This document shows positions 63,829-64,000 of a DNA stretch of 64,000 nucleotides, piece after piece (positions within the stretch are counted from its first letter, which is position 1; every line of letters begins with the position of its first letter). The stretch is from a virus. The notes under the pieces were generated by a model that ran no database searches, was not told the DNA's origin, and saw nothing but the letters and a program-made list of their open reading frames with translations. Both the position numbers and the translations under genes were made by a program. Where the stretch lies: positions 11,797 to 75,796 of the IMG/VR virus record IMGVR_UViG_3300036818_000089; one strand, written 5' to 3'.

Positions 63829-64000
63829 GGCGCTGGTCCTCTCTGGTGGTTGTGGTGACGGATCAGGGTCGGTGGTCGGACTGCCAGGGCCGTGCCCGTC
63901 ACACTCGGGCACGACGCCAAGCGGTCAGGGGGTTTCGGTCAGGCCGCAGCGCTTCGCGTCACGGGCCGAGATCGACAGGACCGTCTCGCCGGCCGGGACC

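Larger units (their letters stand above)
1..64000. mobile_element. Temperate siphovirus / phage-plasmid with TraB-type transfer module (ends not in window)
   Basis: Continuous phage, partition, replication and transfer genes; a shared dispersed motif across all modules; no host core genes. Confidence 0.8.

Noticed and set aside
3284-63864. Dispersed motif as a CRISPR repeat
   Set aside because: Only 14 bp, copies are mostly kilobases apart with no regular spacers, and no cas genes are present.

Overview
The whole 64 kb window reads as one high-GC actinomycete mobile element. I see no host housekeeping genes, rRNA, tRNA or CRISPR array. It combines four parts. (i) A complete-looking siphovirus late region on the minus strand (about 29.6-58.5 kb): terminase small and large subunits, portal, MuF-like head protein, scaffold, HK97-type capsid, neck, tail tube, frameshifted tail chaperones, tape measure, Dit and minor tail proteins, beta-helix spike and lysis genes. 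(ii) Phage early and accessory genes: YqaJ exonuclease, Sak4-like ATPase, Gp37/Gp68, HNH, glycosyltransferases, methyltransferase and epimerase. (iii) Plasmid maintenance functions: ParA with palindromic parS-like sites and two paralogous RHH-like proteins, a replication initiator with internal iterons, and a Cre-like tyrosine recombinase. (iv) A mycelial-actinomycete dsDNA conjugation module (FtsK-like TraB, Spd-like membrane proteins, lytic transglycosylase) headed by a WhiB2-like gene. The best reading is a conjugative phage-plasmid, which is an inference because the element ends lie outside the window. Unexplained signals include a 14-bp motif CATCCGTCACCACA (14 good copies, always on the sense strand, mostly 15-27 nt before start codons), two short-repeat clusters in the transfer region, three GGAU-loop hairpins in the capsid leader, and an N-terminal peptide motif shared by scaffold and capsid. 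All product calls come from motif recognition by eye, with no database searches.
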